A stretch of DNA of 64,000 bases from Octopus sinensis (GCF_006345805.1 NC_043001.1:122078001-122142000), one strand, 5' to 3'. Numbered from the stretch's first letter, positions 1 through 13,976 are shown. The notes: generated from the letters alone by a model not told the origin. Numbers and translations: made by a program.

Positions 1-415
1 TGGAGTCTAGCATTGCCTGGTTGTGAAACATGTGTAGTAAATATGGTAGGAACGCTGCAACAAAGTAAATTGTACATGCTTTACTGGATGTGTACTGTCG
101 GCATGCATGAACGATGGAGCACAGATGAGCTGGGAGGTAAAATGACCATCAGAGGAATTAGCTGTGTTTAAGAGAGAAGATTGCATTGGTGGGAATGTAA
201 TGCTTATGAAGGATGACAGTCAGGTGGTAAAATTTCAAATTTATGGGGGAGGAATTTGCATAATGGACAGGTATTGGAAGGAATGAAGGTGGTAACTGAT
301 GTCTGGATGTTGGGTTTCAGTCGTGAAAGGGTTAACAAGGAAGTGAGACATTGTGATGGTAAGAAACCTGCTGAGTCTACACCAGCTTGGGAAAGTGGAT
401 GTGAATAGATAGTGT
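1..415 (-). mobile_element. Heavily decayed LINE reverse-transcriptase fragment (CR1/Jockey-like), tentative
   Basis: Minus strand gives ILLLNTANSS...FMHADSTH, resembling the LFLLxINDL...YADDST RT motifs. Frame is broken and composition is less AT-rich than the flanks. Confidence 0.3.
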
Positions 416-426
416 GTGTGTATGCA

Positions 427-460
<34 letters not shown>

Positions 461-1009
461 CTCACTCTCACTCTCTCTCTCTCTCTCTTTGTATGTCTTT
501 ATTCAAGGTACATAACTCTGCTTGTTCTAGTTTGCTTGACCATAAAACAATTGGTGTATCTTTTTTTGTATCATAAAACAATTGTATTTAAAAAAAAATC
601 CAGCTCATGCTTTGTAAGATGGAAATAAAACATATACTACTAGAATGTGTATAGATTTTTGGATGTATGTGTATGAATTTTTCTATGTGCGCGTGTGTGT
701 GTGTGTATGGATACACACATAGTAAAGTAGTTAGTTTATTTCATAAAAATTTGCCATAAAGGCATTACAAAGAGTAGCTGCGAGCTGGACATATACATTG
801 ATGAGGTGAATGATGAAATAAGGATGATATTGATGAGAGAAGGCAAAAACGCCTGACAATTTTCTTCTTCTCTAAAATATTGTTCTTTTTTTAAACAGAA
901 AAGCAAAGTAGCTAGTTGTAAAATCTCAATAAGAGATGAAAGTATGATATTAATAATGAAATTATTGTATACAGTGCTCAGGTGCACCACAAGTAGTAAC
1001 TATACAAAC

Positions 1010-1868
1010 AAGTAAAGTTAATTATCACATCAATATGGCTGTTTAATGTTACTACTGTTTTAACCCAAGGCAGATCTTCTGCCAGCTGGTTATAAGTGCA
1101 GCCTGCACCCGTTATATATTATAAGCAGGGGAGCAAACTCCTACCACTCTCCAGCAGATGGTGGGATTGCAAGACCAACTTGGTTTTGAGCTAGTTTTGC
1201 TCATACTCAGTTGTGAACACCCGATCGCTAGAGAAATGGCCAGAGTCTGCTCCAGCAAGCGGTATATAGAAAGCAAAAGCGGCGAGCTGGCAGAAACGTT
1301 AGCACGCCGGGCGAAATGCGTAGCCGTATTTCGTCTGCCGTTACGTTCTGGGTTCAAATTCCGCCGTAGTCGACTTTACCTTTCATCCCTTCGGGGTCGA
1401 TAAATTAAGTACCATGTAATCGACTTAATACCTATGTCTGTCCTTGTCTGTTCCCTCTATGTTTAGCCCCTTGTGGGTAATAAAGAAATAGGTATATAGA
1501 AAGCAAAGCAACCATCGGTCACTGATTTGCACTCTTGTTGAGATTTTACAAGTAGCTACTTTGCCTGTTGCAAATCAGTGACCGATGGCCACTCAGTTTT
1601 CTATTTATTGCTTGCTGGGGCCGACTCTGGCTATCTCTCTGCCAACAGGTGTTCATGATGGAAGATGCAGGTCTGTACCATCATAGCTTGAAACAGAGTT
1701 GGTCTCGTGATTTCATTATCTGCTGGAGGGTGGTATGTGTTTGCTCCCCTGCTTGCAATATATTCGGGGTGCAGGCTGCACTTATAACCAGCTGGCAGAA
1801 GATCTGCCTAGGGCTAAAACAATAGTGACATTGAACAGCCAATATTAATGTGGCAATTAACTTTACTT
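1010..1868. mobile_element. Fold-back/MITE-like palindromic element (about 270-bp arms) interrupted by a SINE
   Basis: Left arm ggcagatcttctgccagctggttataagtgcagcctgcaccc pairs with right arm gggtgcaggctgcacttataaccagctggcagaagatctgcc. Inner stem ccatcggtcactgatttgca/tgcaaatcagtgaccgatgg. Termini aagtaaagttaatt/aattaactttactt. Confidence 0.85.
1278..1492 (+). mobile_element. tRNA-derived SINE family A, full length with TSD
   Basis: Head gcggcgagctggcagaa with B-box-like gggttcaaattcc, central tttcatcccttcggggtcgataaattaagtacc, tail aaagaaata. Direct repeat ggtatatagaaagcaaa at 1261-1277 and 1491-1507. Confidence 0.92.
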
Positions 1869-2581
1869 CCTTCCATCTGTCCATGTTTGTAGATTTGTCT
1901 ACGTATTGTGTGTTTGTAGTTACCATTTATTTTGGAATTGAATAAAACTTATTAAAAACCTGAAACCAATTATGTAATTTCTAACTATTTGTTCATTTAT
2001 TTGTTCATTGATTTTGTAATTGAAAATTAATTTTTTTGTTAATGATATAATTTATAATAAACTTCAGTCTTCATGTAAGCAGATGAATATTACTGTAAAA
2101 TTACAGTAATTAAGGAAAATCTCTTTTATAAATAGAATGTGTAACTTGTAAATAGATATGATTACTGTAGTTTGGACTATTAACCTCATTTCTGCCTCAG
2201 CCCATACAAGGATTTTAAAATGATGGTGATGATGATGAAGTTGTTTAAGCTCTCATTAATTATATTTCCAAGAGAAATAGTCAATGCATGTGTTTTAAGA
2301 CATAAAGCAGTTTTTTTAGAGCCATAATGATTTACACTTTATATGTCTTTATCTATCTCTCTGTCTACATAAAACGTGTCTTTATGTTGTTGACTAACCC
2401 CATTTTAGTTCTGATCAAGCAGATCTATAATCACAGGTACACAATACATTACCTTTTCATTTTTTTTTTTTTTTCAGGTATAAGACTTGACTATCTAATA
2501 TTTGTTCCTTTTAAATTTATTTCTCACTCCATTATTTGCAGCGTTCTTTTTATAATCTTTCATATTTGTTTATTATTTCAG

Positions 2582-2704
2582 TCTGGTATACTATCCTGTA
2601 GATGACACCGATCCATTCTTGCCCAGGCCACCTCCCTACAGCTACGGCACCCTCCCAACGGCTCCGAATGATCCTTTCCAAGTGGACGTACGCAGAAGTT
2701 ACTT
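2582..2704 (+). CDS. ttyh: Internal exon of a Tweety-homolog-like gene, cytoplasmic tail (LVYYPVDDTDPFLPRPPPYSYGTLPTAPNDPFQVDVRRSYL)
   Basis: ttatttcag acceptor and TT|gtaagt donor. 123 nt, phase 2/2, open frame, GC/CpG-rich island in AT-rich DNA. DDTDPF recalls TTYH1/2 DDDPFNP; contains PPPY. Family assignment is from recalled motifs only. Confidence 0.75.
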
Positions 2705-4739
2705 GTAAGTAAATGCGACAGCAACCACCACAACAACAGTCCTGTCTGTGGATTTGTTAGTTGCTTCTGACAGTTGATTTCACTTGGGAGGATGACTTTC
2801 TCTGCCAATTGACTTAAAGAACATCAATCAAGCTATTCAATTCTTTACTCTTTGCTAATAACTCTAGAACCATTATCTGTTATACACTATAAATATACTG
2901 TTCTATATTCTATATAATAATGTTATCTGTGTTGTGTTTAAAAAGAAAGGAAAATGGTTTATATTTTAACCACTATGATTTAAATTATATAATGTTTAAA
3001 CGAATTAGTTTTTTTTTATATAACTAAATTGTTATTGAATTTAGAATTTTCTTTTATTTAAAAAAATATTTCCTGATTGAGTTTAAAATCAGTTTTCTCT
3101 ATGCCACATGTTTTGTTTGCGCCAATTCTTTAAATATCCTTGTTCGATCTACAAGAAAAATCTCACCAGACTGTATATGCCATAAAATTCACTAAATGGT
3201 ATGAATTAGTTTGTGTGCTATGATGAAAATAAGCACAACATATGTTATATTTCTTCATTCTAAATAATACTGATACTAATAATCATCATAACCATAATTG
3301 ATTCTAATATAATTGTTGTTGTAGTGAATGGAAATAACCAAAATGTGAGAACTGAAACAGAATTAACCCTCATAATAATAGGTGCCTTGGGAATGATTTA
3401 AAAAATGCAGACAATTATATAAGCAAAGCCTCACAACTTATTCATGTACTGAACACTACCAGCAACTGGACACACATTATGTAGAACATTTTTAATATAA
3501 TAGAAAATGCAACTCAAAACAGACCACTGCACATATCCAAGCCACATAGAGCTGTGTTCAGCTTTGTAATGAAAGCATGCAATAAAGTTATGACTATAGA
3601 AACGATAACTGTTTCTATCTTAGTCACAAGACCAGTACAGAGACTATGATAATAGTAGTTTCTTTATACCTGAAGATCTTGTTTCATTACATTTGAGGAT
3701 TCTTTATATGTAAATATATTTTATAAAGGGTTTCAAAACAAAACCTGTTAGTGTGTATGCAGACAGTAAATGGGGAGAGAGAGGAAGACAATGTACTCTG
3801 ACTAACTTGAGAAACATATTTCAATAAATTCATACAGAAAGGCACCTACAAAGAGAAGATTCAGGCTACCTGCAAGCCTTGAGCCACCTTCTGCTCTGAG
3901 TACTTGCTCTTTCCTGATTGTAAACTCCAAGAAGATTTAAATCACTGGCTTTCTCATATTTACCAAATTGGCCCTCTCACACACACAATTCAGCAAATTC
4001 TGTGTAGGGTAGTATCTCTTTATCTCTCACTCTATGTATTCCTTAGACTTTAAGTTCTGCTTGAAGAAGTTGATGAGGACTTAGGTGGAGATATAGCTTG
4101 CATTCATTGTACAACCTCTTTCTCCATAGCGACCAGATAGAAGAAAACTTCTTTGCCAAAGAAGAATGGTAGGATAATCTTTACACAGGTCTCTGCCGAC
4201 AGATGAATTCATCCTGTATATCTTACAGTAGTTTGCAAATTCCTCCACATGCCAGCAATCATCAGAAGTAAAATTGAATGTTGTCTTCATTTGCTGTGCA
4301 TCTAAGACAGGCTTAACAGATGACACTGCTATCCTTACAGAGCTTATCTTGAACCTTGGAGCACTGTCATGCTCAGGTTTTCTGGAAATTCTACATAGTG
4401 TCTGCACAAAAAGTCCTCCAGAATAAACTAGTTAGGTGATCTTTGGTGATACTCAGTGCCCAACTAGAGGACTGTACCTGATGCCCAATCTTGGTCTACG
4501 TTCAACCCAGAATTATGGCTCCAACAGAGAGATGAGCTGTGGAAAAGCATATCTAACTAACACATGCTCACCCTCCATGAATTTCTGCAGATGTCAAATT
4601 TAATGCATATCTGTGAATCGTCAGCCATGGCTTTGTAAGTCTGTTGAATATGTTGGCTCATGGAGCATAGAACAGTTATTTAAATCTGGTCACTTGTAGC
4701 CTGACGGAAGATGCAACAGTCTGATGGTAATAAATAATG

Positions 4740-4893
4740 GAGGTATTTTGTCTGTCTTTATGTTCTGAGTTCAAATTCTGTCATGGTCAACTTTGCCTTT
4801 TATCCTTTTGGGGGTCGATAAATTAAGTACCTGTTGTGTACTGGAGTCGATCTAATCAACTGCCCACCCCCCAAATTTTCAAGCCTAGAAATG
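4740..4893 (+). mobile_element. SINE family A, 5'-truncated older copy
   Basis: gttctgagttcaaattc...ggggtcgataaattaagtacc core; 11-bp TSD aataaataatg at 4729-4739 and 4894-4904. Confidence 0.8.
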
Positions 4894-5384
4894 AATAAAT
4901 AATGTAGAGTCACTTCCACTGACTTTTCATAGAGAACTTTCTCTCAATTCATTTCTGGATGAGAGTAGCAACCCTGTTCACAATCACATCTCAGGTTTCT
5001 ATCCACCTGCCACTCTGGCGTTAACCAGACCCTCAAGCACCTGAATCAGGTTGTTGATCCAGCAGTATACACTACTGTCTCCGCTGATCAGCTGGTGTCC
5101 TGTTTAATGTGTGCTTCAGTTATCACCTCATATTTCTTCAGTTTAGGGTTAATTAATTCACTTACTGTGGTGTCTGAGACCAGTGTATATCAACCTGGTT
5201 CTCCTACATCTCCGCACAAGCAGACCCCCCACACACACACACCTACCGAGCAGATACTGCTGTACAGCTTCTGCACCCAAACACCTGATTTAAATTGTGC
5301 TCAGCACAATTGCAGGGTTCTGATCATTGATCTTATCAAAACTTTTTGATTAATGCAAATTTATCACAGCTAGGATTATAGCAA

Positions 5385-5612
5385 GCTACGATCTCATCTC
5401 AATCGAAGGAGAGGGGCTTTCTCCGTCCGGGTTGCGGATCCGTGGAATAAGCTGCTGGACGAAATAGTGAAGATGCTGACGACCGCTCGGTTCAAAGTCT
5501 CTCTTGACCAGAAATGGCCTGAACTCTTTGTATGAACACCCTCCCTGTACATAACTCCATGTCCCCCTACATGGCCTTGCTTTTGCTTTTTGAGCCAAAT
5601 TAAATTAAATTA
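5385..5612 (+). mobile_element. 5'-truncated CR1-clade LINE 3' end
   Basis: Reads RSHLNRRRGAFSVRVADPWNKLLDEIVKMLTTARFKVSLDQKWPELFV*, like the CR1 ORF2 C-terminus (FFSxRVVxxWNxLP...FKxxLD). Short 3' UTR and (taaat)n tail; CpGs retained, so young. Confidence 0.85.
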
Positions 5613-8269
5613 AGCTGAGAGTGATAGCACATATTTTAGTGTTGTATTACATAAAGTGAAGGTTGTCTTGGACAGATTAGTTTAGGATCATACATGTTTT
5701 CACAGGCCAAAAGACACTATCAACAACAATTGTCAACATCTTTGATAGTACCTTGGCCAGAATCCTTTAGAGTTATAAACTAGAAGTTCTCTATTTTATC
5801 TCTTCTTGTTTGTATTATTTCTCATTAGCTTCATCACTCCCTGGTTCACACTGAATGCTCCTAGTGTACTGATAGTTGTGATATAATCTGTTGAGATTGT
5901 AGCAAAGAACTCTGCCATATTACAAGAGAGTTTTTGGAGTAGGCCACCCGGCTTGGTTGTTTAATTCTCAAACAGCTGTTTTAGAAGCTGAAATTTAGTG
6001 TTTGTGCTACCTACCTCTTCTGCCATGCTTTATGATAAACTATTGAGGTAGATGTTGAATCCCACTATCTTTACTCAATTATTTATTCAAACAGTTTGAA
6101 GAAAATACTGTTAAAATCCTGCACACAGCAACTTGGAATTGGGTATCATGCTTCCTTCACAATCCTTCAAAGATTTTATCTAAGCTTGGTTGCCATGAAA
6201 CAACTCTGCTACCTGAGCCTGTTAAATGGCTTTAGAGCCCTTGTAATTTAGTACACATCTTAACTCTAATGAAACTTTCTAACTGGAAAGTTTCATTTAG
6301 CCCTTTCATTACTGTATTTATTTTGAGATGCTCTGTGTTTTTTTCAATCATTTTAAATATAACAAAGAATTTTGTAAAATAACTTAGTTATCATTAAGCT
6401 AGTGTTTGGAACATAAATTGTGACTAAGGTTTGGTGGAAGATTTTAATTCAAAACTTATGAAAACAAGAAATTTTACCACAGAGCCAGAGCCGGTTTTGG
6501 GCAGGTTAGTAACAAAAGGGTTTAAGATGTGCACAAAATTATTAATAACTCACTTATCTAGTCTAAAAGTTTCTATTACAACTTTGTTATATTTCACTTA
6601 CTCTAGATTTACTTTTTTACTCCACTCTCCATTGCTTATTTATAATCCTGCTTGCCATTTTATAGTTAGGTAACTCTCTAATCTAGTAGGTGTTGGCTTC
6701 TTGCATTGTAAACAAACAGTGCACTTAGACATCAGTAGTAAGGCCTTTATCTCAAAGTCTTATGTAGGTTGATCATACAGATTACAGACTTGGTAGTCTA
6801 TGCATTGATCCTGGAAAATGTGGACAATTTCAGTTGGTTTATATTAATGTAATTCCCCTAATTTGAAACCATTCTAAATATCAATGCTTGAAACTCTTGG
6901 TCCTTGAGTCACTCTGTAGCTTCTACTGATTAAATAAAAAAAACCATATGTGTGGATAATAGTAGAAAGTTATCTAGTGCATTAATTAAATTAGCGAATT
7001 ATTGTAAACAAGTTATAATTAGCAAAATGCTATTTTGTGAAAATGCTTGTCAGAACACCTCAGTGTCCAAGGGTTGCAGATAAACCATTTGTTCAATCCT
7101 CCTCTGACAATTCACTTTAGTAGGGCAAAAATTCCCTTAAATATATAGTTAACTATCATACTGAGTACTGATATGACCACTCAAACTTTCTGGTCTGTAA
7201 AGAGTCATTTTGAAATTTTTTCTGTTTAGTATGATGTTGTCTGCGACAGAAATTTTCTATCTTCTAATTGTTTATCACTTGAAAATATGAATTACATGTA
7301 TCAAAATATTAGAGAATTATGTAGAAGCCCCATGTAACTGAAATTTTGAATAATTTAGTAGAAAGTCATCTGTTGCATATTTTTTTTTTTAAGTGAGTTA
7401 CTTATTGTAAACAAATTATCCATTCACAAAATGATATTTCAGTGAAAACATTCTTGTTAGAATTCATGTGAATTACAACATACATTTAAGAGATTCACTC
7501 TGAAACCTTATTTCAAAGTTCTATAGGGAGAATCACTTCTCTTATTCCATGTTATTTTTGAAAATGAAAATTAATGATTTAAAAACAAAATATTGTTGGA
7601 TTCTACTGGAATAATCTTGCTGGTCAAAGTGAATTTTGAAAGTATTAACTAGTGTAGAAGAAAGGCTAAAACATTAAATCATTTCATCTTAAGAGCATAT
7701 ATTTTGTATATGTGAATATATTTTGTAATTGTGCTTCGCAATTTATAAATTTCTCCTAGACTGCTTAATTTTTATGGTGATATCTTGCTATATTTTATAG
7801 ACATAATTAAATTCATCACTTTTTTTCATCATCACTGAATGGTGAGGTCAGTATGTAGGAGTTTAAAAATTAAGTTACTGAATAGAAATAAAACATATTT
7901 TAAATATCTTTTTTTAAAAATATGGGTGTCTTTTTGATTTTGATTTTTTAGAATATGGCTTAAAGGTATTTTTGTCATATATATTGTTTTATTTGCATAT
8001 CATCTTTCTTCTATTCTTTAGTAGAATAGAATAGTTTCCTTTTTCTTTTTTTTTCTATTTTTGTGAGATATTACAAATTATGTGTAACTTAATATAGAGC
8101 TCGGTAGAAAAATTTCAATCCATTTAGTATTTTATTCTGTTTTATGTTTACAAAAAGGATTTTCTTCCTATTTGTATTGTGGTAAAGGTTCAGATACAGT
8201 TAAACTATTCTTATTTCAATTCATTTTTTCTTTTACTTTTTCATGTGAAGTAATTTTTTTTCATGAATG

Positions 8270-9900
8270 GGTCATACCCAGTCCTGGTATGCCTAGTAAT
8301 GCTATAATATTAATGAGTGAGATGTGCCTAAGATTTCCTAGCACGAAAAGAAAACCTTGTGAGTTGGTCGTATTGAGGCATAGACATTTACTTTAGTGCA
8401 TTATCTTCAGTATGTGTTTTGGTCTACAGATCTGTCATCCCAATTCTGAAAGCTCATCTTTTTGTGTCATTAACGCACCAAAATACAAGTTGTCTGAAAA
8501 AGTATACACCTCTAAATTGGTCAAGATAAGTGCAAGTGATTGCACATTTTAAACTCTTGTCTCACTGATGGCAGTCACATCTAATTCAGTTGATTCAAGG
8601 CTATTGAATTGGTGAACCTGCTTCTAGATGACTTCCAGGTTGTGAACATACAATTTTCATTCCTGCCTTTGTCACAGTCAATAAGATAAAAAAATTGGGT
8701 ATTTAGCTGGGGTTTGTTTTACCTGTTGGGCTCTTAAAGCTAGACATATGATGTTGAAGCCTCAACCTCCCTTGTTAATAAACTGATGATGCCAGTTTAA
8801 CCAAAATTGGAATTAGTGCAGGTGTGCTATATTTTATTCTCCATTAGCACATTCTTTTTTGTTTTTGTTTTTTTTTTAAACTTTATCAACTTCATGTTGT
8901 CCGTCTAGACAGTTGTAAGCAAATGCAAGAAAATTCTTTTTTGGAGGTTGGGGTAGGGTTTTGGCATTCCTGGTCTGTAACCTTCTGGATACTTTTATGC
9001 ACTATTACCATTTTGTTGCTATTTATTGCCAGGTAATATTTTACTTGGACCTCTGGCTGACTCTGTTACAGGGTGTTAATCTAATTCTGGTCACCCATTT
9101 GGTACTGATGATGGAAAAAGGAAGGCTACTATACATATATATATATATATATATATGGTCATTCTGGAGCAGAGGCCAATGGTGCTGTAACAGTATAAAC
9201 CTTGTTCTCTCTCCTTATGCTTTGTAAGTAGGGTACCTACTGGTGTTACTTCTACAACTGCCAGATATTTTTTTTCTTGTGTCTATGTGTTTTTTTTCTC
9301 CTTGGCAGAAAACTCTAAGATGGTTTCTACTACCACACATGTGACACTTGGGATTTTTGTTCTGCACCATCAGGTTGACTCATTTTAATGGATATCTATT
9401 TATTTAATATATCTGACATTATGATCTTTAGGAATCAGTTAAATTTAGATGACATACCAACCCTTTCCTATTACTTCTTGCAGCTTCCTCCTCTATGCAG
9501 CACCATCTCATACTGTTTCATAAAAGTTATGACCAGCTATCAGTCAACAATTTCACCTATTTTTCTGATTATGACTCTTGCATTTTTCTACTCCATATAC
9601 TGAGGCATAGACACATGAGTCAGCATGTTTTACATGGCTCTTGTGGGTTTTTTGCTGTGGCACAGACATATGAGTCTGTATGTTTTACATTACCACTGCC
9701 ACCCTCTCAATTTTTACAATTTGGCTTCTGGTATCATAAGCCTGGTTCCATCTTAACTCCTTGTCACATATCATACAAGGCATCTTGAAAATCCCTTCTT
9801 GGTTTCATATAGAATCCTATTTTATCTTTAGGGAAGCAGAGGTTCATCACTGTTCACTTGCATTTCTTGATAAACATTTTAGGTAACAAGACATGTTGCC
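8270..9900 (-). mobile_element. Decayed RTE-like LINE 5' region (APE endonuclease start)
   Basis: Minus strand near 8556-8584 reads LDVTAISETR, matching the xDIxxLSETR endonuclease motif. Many stops; extent uncertain. Confidence 0.4.
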
Positions 9901-10073
9901 CATATTTACCTTGCCTGTCTTGTTTCTGGCATCTTCTCCCATTTCAGTTACTCCCTCTGACATTGCCTACTGCTTATTTTTTCATTTTAACTTTGTCCTT
10001 GTTGGTGTTTAACATCCTGTTGATGTTAGCCATCACATCCATACTGTTTCCAATATTTACAATTACAGTCTCC

Positions 10074-10108
<35 letters not shown>

Positions 10109-10446
10109 ATGGTATTCTCTATTTTGATGAAGTGTCATCTTCACCTTCCTTTATGCTAGGAAGGCTGTTGCTACTATTGTGAGAGACTTGCACCACTCCT
10201 CTTGTGGAAGCCATATTTGAAAAAACTGTTTACAAATGAATCATAGCAAATTTCTTTTCTAAATAAGTGTGCTTTTTTTTTTTTTCACAAAATTAAAAGA
10301 AAAATCTCACCTTTCAAAGACTGCTTGCACACATGCATATTGCATACACACACATGCACATCATAGACACACACCACATGCTACATACACTAACCTTACT
10401 ATATTTACTGTACACAAAACACATAGACATGCACACAAAGTAAATG

Positions 10447-10713
10447 ACTTTATAGTAAAGATTGTTTGCCAACATAACATGGGCAGTCCTGGTTTAGGAC
10501 GAATGTTGCTGTAACTTAGCCCATGAAGACATCATCTCCAGCTGGCTATATGACATGATCTGTGTCCTTATATATATAAAAAAATATATATAAGGACACA
10601 GATTGTATTGTATAGCCGGCTGGAGATGATGTTTCCTGGGGCTAAATTACAGCAACATTCGTCCTAAGCCAGGACTGCCATGTTATGTTGGCAAACAATC
10701 TTTACTACAAAGT
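10447..10713. repeat. Near-perfect 267-bp palindrome (fold-back/MITE-like)
   Basis: Arms of about 130 bp, gtaaagattgtttgccaacataacatg...ctgtgtccttatatatat and atatatataaggacacag...catgttatgttggcaaacaatctttac, around a tiny A-rich centre near 10580. Confidence 0.9.
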
Positions 10714-11939
10714 GCTGTTAGTGAATATCTCACGTTGTGAGATTTAAAAATAGTAATTTTCTAAATGACTTCAGTACAAAATTTTGAAGTTAAAGTAAAA
10801 TTCTCAGAAAGTGTATGTTTGATAACAATGTTTTTTTTTTACACTTCATACTAATTTAATCATAACCGATCGTACTATTGTAACCGACAACATACTGTTG
10901 TAGTAAATTCTCAACTTACAAAGTATTCACTTTTATTGCTAACAGTCTTTTTTAAACAATGAGTACTGCAACTTCCTGTTTCCGTTTTATATCTGAAGCC
11001 TTCGTATTTAAGAAATTATCATTTGATAAAATAAATTACTACAGATGGCAGTGCATCATTAGATGAAGTAACGACAATGGTGATACTTTGCATTTTTGAT
11101 TTTAAATTCTTTCTCTGTCAAATGAGACTGACTTATAGGCCTTATGAAATATATCACCACTCTATACTGGATAAATCCAATTAACCATGCCCTTTCCACT
11201 AACTTTACAAAACTACTCCCTAGTCATTAGAAATCAGCATCATCATCATCAGTGTTATTGTGATGAGCATTGTCACCCTTAGTGTTATTGTGTTGATTTT
11301 CATTAGTGTTATTTTGATGATGGTGATGATGACCATCATCATTGTTAATTGTATGAGGGCATAAAGAAAGCATTATTGTTATTAAAGAAAATATTGTATG
11401 AGGGCAAAGAGTTGGTAGAAATAGTAAAGCACCAAATTGAATGTCTTACAGCATTTAGTTTCATCCTTCTGAATTCTAAATTCTCTTCCCACCGAAATAA
11501 ACTTTGCCTTCATTCTTTTCAAGAATTAATAAAATGATTATTTGTGATATGCGAGTGTTAGTTATATCAGTTGTACCTTTGGTCTACCTCATAATCTAAA
11601 GTAGTGGCTGTTTACATACTTATTCCATAATTATCTGTTTTTTTCTAGTATTTAATATGACATAAATATTTGAACACATACATGTGCATGCACACACACA
11701 CACACACACACCACACACACACACACACACGGACACTCTCCCTACCTCTAAGATACTTGGCCTGGTGTTCTCATTTTGGTTGCTATAGCCACAGTTTCAG
11801 CCATTGAACTCTCTGGCCTTCTTCAGGTGCCTGTCATAAAATGAATCTATTATTAAACCCACTAGAGTGTGTGTCTGTGTGTGTGTTTGTGTGTGCGCGT
11901 GTATGTATGTGTGTGTGCATGCATGCATGCATGCATGCA

Positions 11940-12290
11940 TGGTGCTATCATGCTTAAGAAGTTGGCTTTCCAACCACTGTATGACACTTTGGGCAAGAAT
12001 CTTCATCTGTAAACCTTAAGCCGACCTAAGCCTTGTGAATAAATTTGTTTGAGAGAAACTGAGAATGAAGCTCATTGATGATGAGAAGTGTGTGTGTGTG
12101 TGTGTGTGTGCATGTATGTCTTTGTTGTGACATCAAGCACTAATTGTAAACAAATGCTGTTTGTATGCAATCTTCTATGAAAACCTGTCCAATTTTGGAG
12201 AAAATTTTTACCTCTCTTGGAAACCAATGAGGGCGGGCAACTGAAGAAAGTTTTTGCCTCATTGAAATTCATTCAATCCAAGGAAGTGAG
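11940..12290 (+). mobile_element. Old CORE-type SINE, degraded
   Basis: cactttgggcaag...aagccttgtgaataaatttg head matches family B; followed by (GT)n and a decayed tail like family C/E. Confidence 0.5.
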
Positions 12291-12304
12291 GAAAAGTGAT
12301 GTTG

Positions 12305-12306
<2 letters not shown>

Positions 12307-12344
<38 letters not shown>

Positions 12345-12473
12345 ATATATATATATATGTATATAACATATACATATATATATGTATATACATATATATA
12401 TAATATATGTATATATACATATACATATATATATGTATATATACATATACATATATATATATATATATGTATA

Positions 12474-12510
<37 letters not shown>

Positions 12511-12536
12511 ATATATATATATGTATATATACATAC

Positions 12537-12567
<31 letters not shown>

Positions 12568-12654
12568 CATTATATATATATGTATATTACATATACATAT
12601 ATATATGTATATATACATATACATTATATATATATATATTATATATGTATATAT

Positions 12655-12685
<31 letters not shown>

Positions 12686-12725
12686 GTATATATACTATAT
12701 ATATTATATGTATATATACATATAC

Positions 12726-12756
<31 letters not shown>

Positions 12757-12757
12757 C

Positions 12758-12788
<31 letters not shown>

Positions 12789-12813
12789 TATAATATATGT
12801 ATATATACTATAC

Positions 12814-12846
<33 letters not shown>

Positions 12847-13516
12847 CATATATATATATATATATGTATATATAACATATACATATATATGTATATATAA
12901 TATACATATACATATATACATGTATATATACATATACATATATATATGTATATATACATATATATATGTATATACATATACATATATATATGTATATATA
13001 CATTACATATATATATGTAATATATACATATACATATATATATGTATATATACATATATATATGTATATGTACATATACATATATATATGTATATGTACA
13101 TATACATATATATATGTATATATATACATATATATATATATGTATATGTACATATACATATATATATGTATATATACATATACATATATTATGTATATAT
13201 ATATATATGTTATATACATATACATATATATATATATATATGTATATATACAATATATATATATATATGTATTATATATATATATGTATATATACATATA
13301 CATATATATATGTATATATATATATATATTATATATACATATACATATATATATATATATGTAATATATATGTATATATATAATATATATATGTATATAT
13401 ACTATACATATATATATATATATTGTATATATATATGTATATATATATATATGTATATATATATTATATGTATATATACATATACATATATATATATATA
13501 TGTTATATACATATAC

Positions 13517-13569
<53 letters not shown>

Positions 13570-13591
13570 CATATATATATATATAGTATAT

Positions 13592-13648
<57 letters not shown>

Positions 13649-13661
13649 CATATATATATTA

Positions 13662-13692
<31 letters not shown>

Positions 13693-13799
13693 TATATATA
13701 CATATATATATATGTATATATACATATACATATATATATGTATATATACATATATATATGTATGTTATATACATATATATATATATATGTAATATATAC

Positions 13800-13841
<42 letters not shown>

Positions 13842-13861
13842 GTATATATACAATATATATA

Positions 13862-13918
<57 letters not shown>

Positions 13919-13940
13919 GTATATATACATAATATATATA

Positions 13941-13973
<33 letters not shown>

Positions 13974-13976
13974 GTA

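Noticed and set aside
736-990. Hydrophobic minus-strand ORF
   Set aside because: No convincing splice sites or recognisable family; opposite strand to the gene.
2327-2605. Hydrophobic ORF overlapping the 2582 exon, as a possible TM segment
   Set aside because: Different frame from the PPPY exon, stops at 2605, and is composed of T-rich intron sequence.
3790-5330. Moderately GC-rich block, possible LTR/LINE remnant (VVYTAGS looks RNase H-like)
   Set aside because: Probably an old TE, but the motifs are too weak to classify.
6890-7470. Old direct repeat with a period of about 400 bp
   Set aside because: Real but highly diverged and AT-rich; no functional signal.
11045-11079. Possible exon ATGGCAGTGCATC... 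after ctacag
   Set aside because: It has a stop in the required phase 2, and the donors are weak.
11915-11941. (GCAT)n giving overlapping UGCAUG RBFOX motifs
   Set aside because: Common microsatellite here and more than 9 kb from any exon.
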